IMG/VR virus record: IMGVR_UViG_3300023115_000022
Span: 1-60,636 of that record
Direction: 5' to 3' (one strand)
From: a virus
Taxonomy: Duplodnaviria; Caudoviricetes
DNA: 60,636 nucleotides
Part shown: one piece after another, positions 10,201-21,000 of the stretch
How positions within the stretch are numbered: position 1 is the first letter of the stretch
How the letters are laid out: the number at the start of each line of letters is the position of its first letter
The notes under the pieces: generated by a model
The model's input: the letters and a program-made list of their open reading frames with translations, nothing else
The model's database searches: none
Told to the model about the DNA's origin: nothing
Translations under genes and position numbers: made by a program

Positions 10201-11261
10201 TCGAAACAACAGTATCAAATGCTGATTTAGAATTACGAGCAAATGGTACAGGTAAAGTTTACATCCCAAACAACGATGTTTTGATTGATAATAACTTAAC
10301 TGTTAACGGAAATGTTACAGTAGGTAATGATTTGACAATATCTGGAGACTTTACAGCAGACGATATCACACTTACAGGCACTGCTACTGCAAACGAGTTT
10401 AATACTGGCGATATAAAGATATTCCAAAATGTGATTACTACAACAAATAGTAATTCTAACTTAGAATTGAGATCAAATGGTACAGGGTATATTAGTGCTG
10501 AAGATTTTGTAATACAAGAAAACGATATTTCAACTTCTGGAGATATGATATTATCTCCAGGCAGTGAGCATGTAATCATAAACTCAACTGGTGCATTAAA
10601 ACTGCCGGTAGGTACAGAAGCACAAAGACCAACAGCAGTATCAGGGCAAATTAGATTTAATAGCGATCTTAATATATTTGAAGGGTATAATGGTACTACT
10701 TGGATACAACTAAGCGGAGTAATTGATTCTGACAGAGACACCAGTGTAACCGCAGAATTAACACCGGGTGCTAACGATAATGTTATTAGATTTACAGTAA
10801 ACAATCAGGTAATTGCAGATGTTAATTCCACTAGATTAAGAGCAAACAAAATTATAGTAGATGACATAAGCATCGATGGCAATGTGATAAGTACACATAC
10901 AGCTAATACAGATCTTGAGCTAACAGCAAACGGAACTGGTGATGTTATTATTGAAAACTTTGCGTTTAGCAATAATACAATTACAAATAGTGTAGCAGAT
11001 AGTGTAACAACTTTCCAAAACACTAACAACGGATATGTTAAGTTTGCTGGAACGTATGGAATGGTTATTCCGGTCGGTACAGATGCAAATAGACCTGGAT
11101 TAGCATATACTGAAACAGGGCAAATGCGCTGGAATACTACGTCTGCAAGGACAGAAATTTGGGACGGTCAGAACTGGGTGTCTGTTGCAGGTACAAACAC
11201 TGGTATTTCTCGTGCAGAAGCTGAAGAATTAGCACTAGGAATAGTATTAACATTGGGATAA
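7212..11261 (+). CDS. large tail/baseplate fibre-like protein (1349 aa)
   Basis: GAGGAG RBS; GRISGPLL N-terminus and six NLELRANGTG-type repeats as in the upstream paralogue. Confidence 0.7.
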   Translation: MAVGRISGPLLKSNLIRNGIDLAFETDLLYLDVNNQRIGIKRSAPQYELDINGTTRTTNLIVDTEADIADINIVGNTISTTNPYLNLGTLDTVVYQNKARIDSIDIEGNVISTNNSNANLELRPNGTGTVEVFSNMNVDGNIHATGNITADGNITLGDADTDSITINAEIASDIIPDLHQTYTLGSPSKKWKDVWVNQITTDSLTVGDLTVDGIDLILRQGNIYYVAENGSDTASGDHPQDPFASIKHALSQSTAGDLVYVYPGIYTEEFPLTVPVGVTLKGTGLRAVTIQPTTDTRYNDAIIVNGESTVEDLMLTGFYSGKKLYEVTQIDNSTTIRINVGTAPFAHTYVSGGTINADDSTSLIANVTNAVYDHTTGEIVITTDVAHDTYVGANLYFGGLVFSCNGGNRTFPDNGYGFRFATDFEVTTRSPYIRNVTVITNGSTTTADDPRGYLSGDAGKGAYIDGAYATANSKEASMLFHSATFITPGVECITATNGVRVEWLNSFTYFAEKSVYAFDSNDGLAGDGKTRIRLSGISGPGFAASDTVTFTSTDASTVVNITVESVEDSDILIVDGKNVDLLDFDTTPASISNGSGTTATTIEFVDVRDFGAEIRMIGSASVYGNYGLYGDGPGVIVYAIGQNLAYIGNGKEVTNDAESVDQTKEVTELNDAKIRYNSVDHKGDFRVGDLFYVNQEDGTVSFVASALNIDLTSGATFTTGSSTTFINGERIDTGNLRISGNTVSSTSGDINFDATSDQINLQNNVSVTGNLDVTGDVSIGGNITIGDEASDSLQIIAGINSNLIPATTSTYSLGISTNTWSNLFVDQVNVDNIKIDTNYITTTESNSDLELRANGTGEVLVPTNDVQIDNNLNVDGTTTLSDTTINGTFTLVGDINQTGDTNVTGNVTVTQDIDVAGAAQFEDILINDNYITTTSSNANLELRASGSGVIKVPSNNVTFSQDLTVGQNISVVNVTASNTVTSNNFNISDIKIDDNYIETTVSNADLELRANGTGKVYIPNNDVLIDNNLTVNGNVTVGNDLTISGDFTADDITLTGTATANEFNTGDIKIFQNVITTTNSNSNLELRSNGTGYISAEDFVIQENDISTSGDMILSPGSEHVIINSTGALKLPVGTEAQRPTAVSGQIRFNSDLNIFEGYNGTTWIQLSGVIDSDRDTSVTAELTPGANDNVIRFTVNNQVIADVNSTRLRANKIIVDDISIDGNVISTHTANTDLELTANGTGDVIIENFAFSNNTITNSVADSVTTFQNTNNGYVKFAGTYGMVIPVGTDANRPGLAYTETGQMRWNTTSARTEIWDGQNWVSVAGTNTGISRAEAEELALGIVLTLG

Positions 11262-11265
11262 AAAT

Positions 11266-11595
11266 ATGGCAACACTTTTTGAAAATAAGGTAATAAAAAA
11301 TGTAGGTACAAAACCTGTTTTGATTCTAGAAACAGACGCATCTACAAGAAACACTGTGGTAGGACTAAGTTTAACTAACTTAACCTCAGAGTTTTGCTAT
11401 TGCGATATTATATTAGAAGATAACACAAGTGTTGCAGGATATTATTTGAAAGATACAGTTTTACCAGCGAATACAAGTTTACGAGCAGTAAGCACAGGTG
11501 AAAAATTAATTATTGCACCTAATAACAGATTGTTAGTTCGTTCTAGCGTGGACGACAGCATTGATGTTATTTTAAGTGTTGTTGAAATAACATAA
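11266..11595 (+). CDS. small beta-rich structural protein (109 aa)
   Basis: paralogous pattern (LPANTSL...EKLIIAPNN) to 1978-2334. Confidence 0.6.
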   Translation: MATLFENKVIKNVGTKPVLILETDASTRNTVVGLSLTNLTSEFCYCDIILEDNTSVAGYYLKDTVLPANTSLRAVSTGEKLIIAPNNRLLVRSSVDDSIDVILSVVEIT

Positions 11596-11604
11596 GGAAG
11601 AAAG

Positions 11605-11985
11605 ATGACTTATTTTATAGGTAGTAATCCACAGGACGTTTTAAACGGAATCATAAAAAGATATTTTTACGGCCTACGTAGAAATGATGATGGAGAATTA
11701 TTTCTTATAAGGGTTGATCAACTTCAAGGCGGTGCAGACGCTAGTGTTACTATAAACGAATTAGGAGACCCGGAAGAAAACTTTCCAGATTTTGAAGAAG
11801 GTATAGATTTCTTAGACGGAATAGATCAGGATCATAATATTGTATATGATAATTTAAGATACCAACAGCTTAGATGGGATGGAAGAAGTTTGTTATATTA
11901 TATAGAACCTGACACAGGCACATTTGTACAATTAATCAATGAAGGATATTCGTATCCTGAAAACATATCGTCGCCAGGATATTAA
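11605..11985 (+). CDS. hypothetical protein in the structural operon (126 aa)
   Basis: AAGGA RBS, tightly packed between structural genes. Confidence 0.6.
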   Translation: MTYFIGSNPQDVLNGIIKRYFYGLRRNDDGELFLIRVDQLQGGADASVTINELGDPEENFPDFEEGIDFLDGIDQDHNIVYDNLRYQQLRWDGRSLLYYIEPDTGTFVQLINEGYSYPENISSPGY

Positions 11986-11995
11986 GGAGCAGTAA

Positions 11996-14900
11996 ATGGC
12001 AGAGTTTAAACTAGAAAGATTTAAATACAACTGGAAAGGTACTTGGATTACCGGTACTACATACAATCGAGACGATGTTGTATTATATGGTGGTAGAAGT
12101 TATGTGTGTCTAGTAGGACATACGGCATCGGCAATTTTTAACACAGACAAAGACGCTACAGTTCCTGGGTCAAATCCTCCAATTCCTGCTCCACGTTGGG
12201 TGGTTATGACTGCTGGTTTTACATTCCGCGGAGAGTGGGCTACTAGCACAACATATGCTGAAGGCGACATTGTACTAAAAGACGGTTACTTATGGGTATG
12301 TATAATAAACGTTCCTAATTCTAGTGACTGGTATGTTGACGAAGCAAATTGGAATATTTACGCAACTGGTATAGATTTTAAAGGTAACTGGACATCTTCT
12401 CAAGATTACGGCAAAGGTGCATTAGTAAAATATAATGGCATTGTGTACAAATGTATAGTATCACATGTTTCTGGAGCAATACTAGAAGATAATGAAGATG
12501 ACTGGGAAGTTTTCCACGACGGAGTAGAATATGTAGGCCAATGGGCGCCTGCTACTCTATTTAGAAAAAATGATTTAGTACAGTACGGTGGATCAATTTA
12601 TAGATGTACAGAAACGCACACTAGTTTGGTGTTTGCAGATCCTGACGAGAATCCTGTAATAGATTTAGTAAGATTTGATGTAGAATTTCCGGGGTTCGAA
12701 TTTGAACAGGAATGGTCTAGTACAATTCAGTATCAAACAGGAGATGTAGTTAGACATGGTGGCTATGTATGGTATGCTATAAATGATAGTTTTGATAGTA
12801 ATCCAACACTAAATGACAGTACTAGCAACTGGATTCCTTTTGCCCACGGATTTTCTTTCTTAGGTGATTGGCAAACACAAGGGTATTACAGACCAGGAGA
12901 CTTAGTCCGCAGGGGCGGAAACATATATGTCGCAAGAGATGCTATAAATGCAGAAGCAAATGACGGATCTACTATTGATTATTTGGATCCAAGTCAATGG
13001 GAATTAGTTTTTTCTGGATTAGCTTGGTCTAAACAACATTCTTGTATAGAATACAGGGTAACTATAGAAAATAGATTTGAAGAAGGTAATAAGTATATTC
13101 TTGATACAGCTTACCACCCTCCATTAGAATTTAAAGTAGGTAATACTTATATTTTCAATCAAAATAATTTAGAAAATGTATATTATCCTAATCAAATTGG
13201 TGGTGGCATAACCAATCCACACCAATTAAATTTTAGTTCTAATAATATCAACGGTGAGTTAGTAGACGGTGGCGATGTTTATCTTGAGAATGTGCGCTAT
13301 TACTTAGACAATATTCCTGTAACATATGCAGAGTATTCTGATAATGATACATTTATCGCTGCAACATATAGAAGAGTTGAAATAACTATAACAGAAAACA
13401 CTCCTACAACTTTATATTATTGGTGTAGTAACCATACAGACATGGGTGCTAAAATAACAATTGATGTAGACACAAGCTCTAGCACAGGATCTTGGATACA
13501 AAACAAAGAATATTTTGTAGGAGAAGTTATAACTTTCTTTGGAGATACTTGGAAATGTTTACAACAGCATACAAGCAGCAGCAGAAATTATCCTGGAGAT
13601 AATGGTAGCGGATTTGTATACTGGGAATTAATTATTGAATCGCCAAACGAAGTAGGTATGAATGCAAAGGGCGATTTGCTAACTTACAATCTAAGTCAAA
13701 CACTTAAAGGTGACGGAAGTACTTATGGATTAACAAATGTGCCTATAGGCTCAAATGCGCAGGTGTTGAGTGTAATAGATGACGATACAGTTTTTTGGAG
13801 GAATTACCTTAGCGACACTGATGTTATATATGTTGCATCAAATGGAACAGACGCAGATGGGTTTGGTACACATCCACACAGACCATTTAGAACAGTACGT
13901 CATGCTGTAGAATATGTTGAAGATAATTTTAGTGCATTAACTCCTGTAAAAGTAAAAGTTGCTACAGGAAGATATGAAGAAATTGGACCTATGACAATTC
14001 CGGCAGGATGCGTAGTAATGGGCGACGAATTAAGATCTACACTAATTGTTGCTAATGATATATTACCAGAGTATACAGGCGATTTGCCATACGTAAAACA
14101 GTATCTTGCACACTTTGAAACAATATTATTTGATATTTTAAACAACAATGCTTATATAACGCAGCCAGGAAATGACGTACCGAGAGATTTAACTCAACTT
14201 CCAGCAGGTACAGGTGCCGGTGCTGTAATTGCATCTTTAATCGATGACTGGGAATCTTATTGTGATTTTAGAATTAACAGCACAGGTGTTGACCCAACAA
14301 TAAGTGGAACAAATACTTTATCTGATGACATTTCAAGAGGTAGAGCTGCAACTTGTTTACTAGCCAATAAAAACTTTATTGCTAGAGAACTTTCACTCTT
14401 TTTAGAAACATCCAATCCTGGAGTTACATTTACAAGATCAAGAGTAGAAGAAGATGTAAGACATTTATTAAGAGCAATTGCTTATGACTTAAAATATGAA
14501 GGAAATTACAAAACAGTTCTTAGTGCGAGAAGATACGTAAACGCTACATTAGGAAGCCAATTAGACGATATGTTCTGGTTGAGAGATGTAACGGGATTAA
14601 GAAGTTGTACAGTCCAAGGACTTAGAGGAGTACTTAATCCTCCAGGTGTTTATGATTTATATAGACGTCCTACAGGGGGTGCATTCTGTGCATTAGATCC
14701 TGGATGGGGACCAGATGACAATAGAACTTGGATTAACACACGTTCTCCTTACATCCAGGGTGTAACAACAATAGGAAACAGTTGTGTAGGACAAAAAATT
14801 GACGGATCATTGCACAACGGTGGTAACAAATCATTTGTGTCTAATGACTTTACACAAGTATTAAGTGACGGTATCGGTGCCTGGGTTTCTAATAACGCTA

Positions 14901-17900
14901 GGGCAGAACTTGTGTCTGTGTTTACATATTATTGTTCAGTTGGTTACCTTGCAGATAATGGTGGCGTTATTAGAGCAACAAATGGTAATAACTCTTATGG
15001 ACTATACGGATCTATTGCAGACGGTATTGATGACACGGAAATTCCTGCAACAGCAACTATAGATAACAGAAGCCAAAATGAAGCTACAGTTGTTTCTGCA
15101 TTTGCTGGAGAATTTTCCGATGAAATCTTTATGTTAGAATTTGATCATTTTGGAGAAGAATACACCAGTGCATCTGCAAACTTTATCGGATCAGGTGTTA
15201 ATGTAGAGGTAGAATTTACAGATTTTAGAGACGGTGCAATAAAAGAACTTAGATTAACAAACCCAGACGGATCTAGCGACCCAGGCGGATTAGGATATAC
15301 AAATGTTTTTGATAATGCAGCAAACGGTGATACAACCACAATAACTCTTGCACCAGATGAAGATATCACTGCTCCTCAAGCAATTGGTCAAAGAATAACA
15401 ATTGTTGGAGGCGACGGAACAGGTCAATTTGGTTATATAAATGCATATAGTTCTGCTACAAAAATTGCACAAGTATATAAGATTTCAGATAATACGCCAG
15501 GATGGGATCATGTTGTTCCGGGAACAACAATTGCTAGTGTATTGTCAGGAAATACACAATATAGAATAGAGCCTAGAATAACAATACCTCATCCTGGATT
15601 TTCCGATCAACCTTACGATTTGCCAGGAAGTAATAGCATTGCAGATGCCACTTATGGTGAAACAACAGAAACATATACAGGACTACAAGGTCAATTAGGT
15701 ACTGGAGAAGTGATTGACAATGACGGACTTGTACCCTCAGAAGCAGAATTTACTGTTGTGAAAAGAGGAAAAACTTATGAAGTTACCATTACAGACACAG
15801 GTGCAGGCTATGCTGTGGGAGACACTATAACCATTACAGGAGATTTACTTGGAGGATCAACCCCTACTAATGATTTAACAATTAGAGTGCTTACTACAAC
15901 AGAAGATAGTACCAATGCTATTGCAACTATCTATAGTGAAGGCACAGGACAATATGGAAAGTTTGTCGTTCTTGACACTACAAATGGTAATGCGTTTTAC
16001 AGTGCTGATGGCCAAACATGGGGAACAGGCACACTACCGTTAACAGGAAATTGGAAAAAAGTTAAAGGAGCAGATAATAAGTTTGTAGCCTTAAGGACAA
16101 ACAGTTCTAACGGAGCATATTCTTTAGATGGAATAAACTGGACTATAAACAATATGCCAACAGCAGGTGATTGGGTAGACGTAGAATATGCTAATGGTAG
16201 ATGGATAGCTATTGCAGAGAATAACAACGATGTTGCTATTAGCACTAACGGTAGCACATGGTCTACATCATCAATACCAGATGATACAGTTGGAGACAGT
16301 ACTGCTACCCAATGGCAAGTTATTGCATATGGTGGAGGTACATGGTGCGTTGTAGGAAGTGAAAGATTTACAGCTACTAGCACAGACAACGGAACTACAT
16401 GGACTAGAAATACTAATGCTATACCTGCAGGAGATTATGATTTTAAATCATTAGTTTATGGTAACGGTAAATTTATATTAATGACTGCTGATGGTGATGT
16501 TTGGTATAGCTTTGATGGAGTTACATGGACAGCAACCAATGACATGCCAAAAGAAGATGGTAGTACAACAATGGTTTGGGAAAAAATGGAATACTATCAG
16601 GGTGTATTTTTTGCAGTTTGTAATACAGGAAGTAAGGTTATAGGTTCGGACCCTACAACAGGTCCTACAACCTATCTAGCAACAAGCGAAGATGGATTAC
16701 TATGGACAGAACGTACTGTAACAGAACCTAAAGAATGGAAAACCCTTGCAGCAGGAAACCCTAATAATCAATTAAGTTTCTTAATGGTAGGCGATGGTAC
16801 AGGAACCAATGCTATAAACAAAGTTGCTACAGGCTGTAGAGCGAAAGCGCGATCTTCTCTAAACAGTAACGGTGGCTTCAACAACATTAAACTATCTGAT
16901 CCTGGTAGTGGGTATAATCCAGCATCTCTTCCAGAAGTAGATATTCTTGACAACCAAGTTTCAACAGAAATAGGAATAGATGTACGAATAGGATACGGTT
17001 CTTTGAGTCAGCCGGAATGGGTGAATAGAGGTCAAGGTTATAGGACCTCTAGTACGAACGTTACAATTACAGGAAACGGCTATGCAGATAAAATTCCAGA
17101 AGATAGATATATTGTTTTAGAGAATCTTGAGAGGCTTCCTGGACCAGGTGCTCAAATATTAATTGAAGGAATCCTAAATGAAATTACAGAAGAACCGGAT
17201 GATCTAAAAATATTTACAGCGGTTGTAGTGACAGACTTAGGCGATGATGGAACCGGTAGGTCTAGATCTAGAGCACGTATTCAAGTTTCTCCTAGTATAG
17301 AACATGAGTACAACTTAGCACATGCAACAAATGTTTCTATAAGAGAAAGATATTCGCAATGTAGAATTTCAGGGCACGATTTCCTAGATATAGGTACAGG
17401 CAACTTTACTCAAACTAACTATCCTGACTTATATGCAGGAGGAGCATATTTTGTAAGCGCACCAGAAAATGAAATATTGGAACAAAACGGCGGTCGTGTG
17501 TTCTACACAAGTACAGACCAAAACGGTAACTTTAGAACTGGAGAATTATTTGCAGTTGAGCAAGCAACCGGTATTGTTACTATTAGTGCTGACTTCTTTG
17601 ATCTAGACGGTCTTTCAGAACTTGCACTCGGTGGTGTTAGACTAGGCGGATCAGGTGCAGTAATTAGAGAATTCTCAACTGATCCTACTTTTAGTGCAGA
17701 CTCTAACAATATTGTTCCTACACAACGAGCTATTGCAACATTCTTAGCAGACAGGTTAAGTGTTGGAGGATCTGATTTAGAAACAAATGCTTTGGTCGCC
17801 GGCGGAATATTTGTTGGTGGCGAAAATAATGAAATAGGAAATCCGCAAGGAAATACTATACAAGTTCTATCTCCTGTAGTTTTTGATGGCGCAGGAGCTG

Positions 17901-17968
17901 GATTAGCAGGAAGCTTGTTAGGACAACAAATGTTCCACAGGGATGCATTTGATCCAACCATGCAATAA
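11996..17968 (+). CDS. giant virion protein (1990 aa): CBM5/12-like repeats, cupredoxin-like insert, beta-helix core, Asp-box propeller
   Basis: repeated W...Y..GD.V.YGG..Y.C; H...CSNHTDM; S.DG.TW repeats; collinear with 18016-26073. Confidence 0.7.
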   Translation: MAEFKLERFKYNWKGTWITGTTYNRDDVVLYGGRSYVCLVGHTASAIFNTDKDATVPGSNPPIPAPRWVVMTAGFTFRGEWATSTTYAEGDIVLKDGYLWVCIINVPNSSDWYVDEANWNIYATGIDFKGNWTSSQDYGKGALVKYNGIVYKCIVSHVSGAILEDNEDDWEVFHDGVEYVGQWAPATLFRKNDLVQYGGSIYRCTETHTSLVFADPDENPVIDLVRFDVEFPGFEFEQEWSSTIQYQTGDVVRHGGYVWYAINDSFDSNPTLNDSTSNWIPFAHGFSFLGDWQTQGYYRPGDLVRRGGNIYVARDAINAEANDGSTIDYLDPSQWELVFSGLAWSKQHSCIEYRVTIENRFEEGNKYILDTAYHPPLEFKVGNTYIFNQNNLENVYYPNQIGGGITNPHQLNFSSNNINGELVDGGDVYLENVRYYLDNIPVTYAEYSDNDTFIAATYRRVEITITENTPTTLYYWCSNHTDMGAKITIDVDTSSSTGSWIQNKEYFVGEVITFFGDTWKCLQQHTSSSRNYPGDNGSGFVYWELIIESPNEVGMNAKGDLLTYNLSQTLKGDGSTYGLTNVPIGSNAQVLSVIDDDTVFWRNYLSDTDVIYVASNGTDADGFGTHPHRPFRTVRHAVEYVEDNFSALTPVKVKVATGRYEEIGPMTIPAGCVVMGDELRSTLIVANDILPEYTGDLPYVKQYLAHFETILFDILNNNAYITQPGNDVPRDLTQLPAGTGAGAVIASLIDDWESYCDFRINSTGVDPTISGTNTLSDDISRGRAATCLLANKNFIARELSLFLETSNPGVTFTRSRVEEDVRHLLRAIAYDLKYEGNYKTVLSARRYVNATLGSQLDDMFWLRDVTGLRSCTVQGLRGVLNPPGVYDLYRRPTGGAFCALDPGWGPDDNRTWINTRSPYIQGVTTIGNSCVGQKIDGSLHNGGNKSFVSNDFTQVLSDGIGAWVSNNARAELVSVFTYYCSVGYLADNGGVIRATNGNNSYGLYGSIADGIDDTEIPATATIDNRSQNEATVVSAFAGEFSDEIFMLEFDHFGEEYTSASANFIGSGVNVEVEFTDFRDGAIKELRLTNPDGSSDPGGLGYTNVFDNAANGDTTTITLAPDEDITAPQAIGQRITIVGGDGTGQFGYINAYSSATKIAQVYKISDNTPGWDHVVPGTTIASVLSGNTQYRIEPRITIPHPGFSDQPYDLPGSNSIADATYGETTETYTGLQGQLGTGEVIDNDGLVPSEAEFTVVKRGKTYEVTITDTGAGYAVGDTITITGDLLGGSTPTNDLTIRVLTTTEDSTNAIATIYSEGTGQYGKFVVLDTTNGNAFYSADGQTWGTGTLPLTGNWKKVKGADNKFVALRTNSSNGAYSLDGINWTINNMPTAGDWVDVEYANGRWIAIAENNNDVAISTNGSTWSTSSIPDDTVGDSTATQWQVIAYGGGTWCVVGSERFTATSTDNGTTWTRNTNAIPAGDYDFKSLVYGNGKFILMTADGDVWYSFDGVTWTATNDMPKEDGSTTMVWEKMEYYQGVFFAVCNTGSKVIGSDPTTGPTTYLATSEDGLLWTERTVTEPKEWKTLAAGNPNNQLSFLMVGDGTGTNAINKVATGCRAKARSSLNSNGGFNNIKLSDPGSGYNPASLPEVDILDNQVSTEIGIDVRIGYGSLSQPEWVNRGQGYRTSSTNVTITGNGYADKIPEDRYIVLENLERLPGPGAQILIEGILNEITEEPDDLKIFTAVVVTDLGDDGTGRSRSRARIQVSPSIEHEYNLAHATNVSIRERYSQCRISGHDFLDIGTGNFTQTNYPDLYAGGAYFVSAPENEILEQNGGRVFYTSTDQNGNFRTGELFAVEQATGIVTISADFFDLDGLSELALGGVRLGGSGAVIREFSTDPTFSADSNNIVPTQRAIATFLADRLSVGGSDLETNALVAGGIFVGGENNEIGNPQGNTIQVLSPVVFDGAGAGLAGSLLGQQMFHRDAFDPTMQ

Positions 17969-17989
17969 AACAGAAAGATAAAAATAAAC

Positions 17990-17995
17990 TAAATA
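17990..17995 (+). promoter_or_regulatory. T4-type late promoter core
   Basis: TAAATA in the intergenic gap, GGAG RBS downstream. Confidence 0.55.
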
Positions 17996-18015
17996 CTGTA
18001 GCGGAGTACAAATAA

Positions 18016-21000
18016 ATGGCAGAATTTAAACTAGGTAGAATTAGATTTGTATGGAAGGGCGACTGGGCAACTTCCACAACTTATTATAAGGATGACGTTG
18101 TAGCGGTTGGCGGACGTATGTACATATGTACAATAGGTCACAGCAGCTCACCAGATTTCTTTACAGATTTTGATATAGTTCCACCAAAATGGAATCTTGT
18201 AAGTGACGGTTTAAACTGGAGCGGAACATGGCAAACAGGCACAGCGTATTCTTACAATGATGTTGTAGAATACGGTGGACGTTTATATATTTGTAATACT
18301 GTACATACATCCGCAGACGACAGTACACAAGGTTTAGAAGCAGATAGTGCAAATTGGACTATATTTTCCGAAGGGCTTGCTTGGAAGGGAGACTGGACAC
18401 CTGCTACCCGTTACATAGAAAATGACCTAGTAAAGTATGGTGGCCAAACATTTGTTTGTAACACTTATCATACTTCGGCAGCTACAGAAGCACTCGGTTT
18501 AGAACAAGACATAGGAAACTGGGACTACTTTAATAGAGGGCTAGAATACAAAAGCTCTTGGACTCCTGATACAAAATGGAAAATTAATGATGTAGTAAAC
18601 TATGGCGCTGTTTTGTGGATTTGTACAACAGATCATAGCGGTACCACAAGTTTTGCAGCTGATAGTTCTAATTGGGAACAATTCGTAAGAGGCTTCCAGT
18701 TTGAAAACGATTGGTCACCTAATATTACTTATAATGTAGGCGATGTTGTAAGATACGGTGGCAACCAGTATATTGCAAAAACCAATCACATTGCACAAAA
18801 TCCATTCTCTCAAACAGACGACTGGGATATATTCTTAGAAGGGTTGCGCTGGAAAGGAGAATGGGGCGATGACTCTGCTAACCAAGATTATAGAGCAGGT
18901 GATTTAATTAGTCATAGCGGTTATAATTACATTTGTATAGCAGATAATTCAAATCAAGAACCGCCAAATGCTACATACTGGAATGTATTTTCTTATGGTA
19001 TTAAATGGCGCGGAGAATGGTTAGACGACCAAAAATATTATGCAGGTGACGCAGTACGTTACGGTTCTAATTCCTATATTTGTATACAAGGACATATATC
19101 AGAAGGTGATGATTTCTCAACTGAAACACCTACAGATCCAGGCGGCGGTGCACAAAATTCTCGTCCAGACTTAGATGTAAATCAAACATACTGGAACATA
19201 TTATCTATAGGTAGCGAACAAAGTGTTCTTACAACTACAGGTGACATGGTTTACTATAGTGGATCAGGTCCAGCTAGATTACCAGTTGGTGAAAATGGAC
19301 AAGTATTAACTGTAAATTCAGATAGTATACCAGAATGGGCGTACTTAGGTGCAGCCGACGATGTGTATTATGTTGCAGAACATGGCGTTGATAGTCCATT
19401 TCCAGAATATGGCAGAACATTAGACCGTCCATTTGCAAGCATTAGGTACGCAGCGAAACAAGTGGAACAAGGTGCAAAAAATCCTAATGCACGTAGATTA
19501 CTAGAAGCTAACAGAAGATTCATTCAGAGAGAAATTGTAGAATGGATCGAATATCAAATTGATAACGCAGGTGTTGGCTCTATATGGGAAAATTTTGACT
19601 ACGACACTAAAAAATGTGAAAGAGATATGGGCCTGATTGTTGATGCAGCAGTTTGGGATATTACACACGGCGGTAATGTACGTTCCAGAGAAGCAGCATT
19701 GTCATACATAAATGACACTACTGGATCTCCGTATCTAACACAAAAAGCTCAAACTACTGCGGCAATTAATTACGGTTTAACTGTTATTCAGGCAGTGCTT
19801 AATCAAACAGCACCCACAACCAACTACCAGGTAACAAACGGTGACAATTCTACAGCTATTGTTACACAAGATGTTACAGGAACAGCATCCGAATCTGGCG
19901 TTTACACAGAAATAGCAGGATTAGTTGGAATAATTACAGATGCAATTACAGCAGGTAATGACGATGATCTTCCTGTAAGACTAGAAAGAACTACGCTTAT
20001 AAAAGTGTCTACAGGAAAATACTATGAAATGCTTCCTATTATTGTTCCTGCACTTTGTTGTGTAATGGGTGACGAATTAAGAGCAACCAATGTACAGCCT
20101 AGAAAAGAAAGTAACACAACCCTTACTCCAAAAACAGACGCAATTTATAGCATACAGTCTTTTAATAGATTAGAAGAAATTATCGGAGATATTGTAAGAG
20201 GTGTTTCTGTTACGCCAACAACTGGTAATACTACCACTCAAAGTGCAGAATTTCCATTCGGTGAAGCTGACCAAGAAGCTGCGGTTAAACAACTTGCTCG
20301 TGTTATAAAAAATAATGCAAACTTTGGTATTAGCGAAAAGAATAATGTTACATTTCCTGGTGTAGATACAATTCATGATGCAAATTATGCATACGCTAGA
20401 GATTTGATCATTGCTAACAAAGATTTTATTAAGGAAGAAGTAACAGGATATATTGCTGATCAATATCAGTCAGATCCTACCTCTGCAAGTTATTTGTACT
20501 ACAGTAAAACAAAATGTAAACAAGATGTAGGATATATTATAGATGCTATATGTTACGATTTGTCATACCAAGGTAACTGGCAAAGCGTTAATGCAGGATT
20601 GGCTTATTTTAACGGAAACAGCGGAACACTACAAATTGCAGGATCAGAAAAAACTGCAACATTAGCTGCATATGCTTTCCTAAGCAACTTGTTACAAACA
20701 ATTTCAAGAAATATTACAGTAACACCTTTGTATAATACAAAAGGATTAACACAAACTAACGGTGAAGCAGGAAGTGCAGCGGCTGCAACTACAATATCAA
20801 ACCTAATGACTAATATCACAGATATTATAAATTTAGGTCCAGGCAGTGCTCCTACTATTACATATCCTGATTTATCTGGTGTAAGTATTCCTTTACAGAC
20901 AGCAGGCGATGCTTGCTTAAATGCATTACCAAATATACAAGAACAAACTATTGATTTTATAAGTAAAAACTTTGGTAGTTTCAAATATAATAGTGCTCAG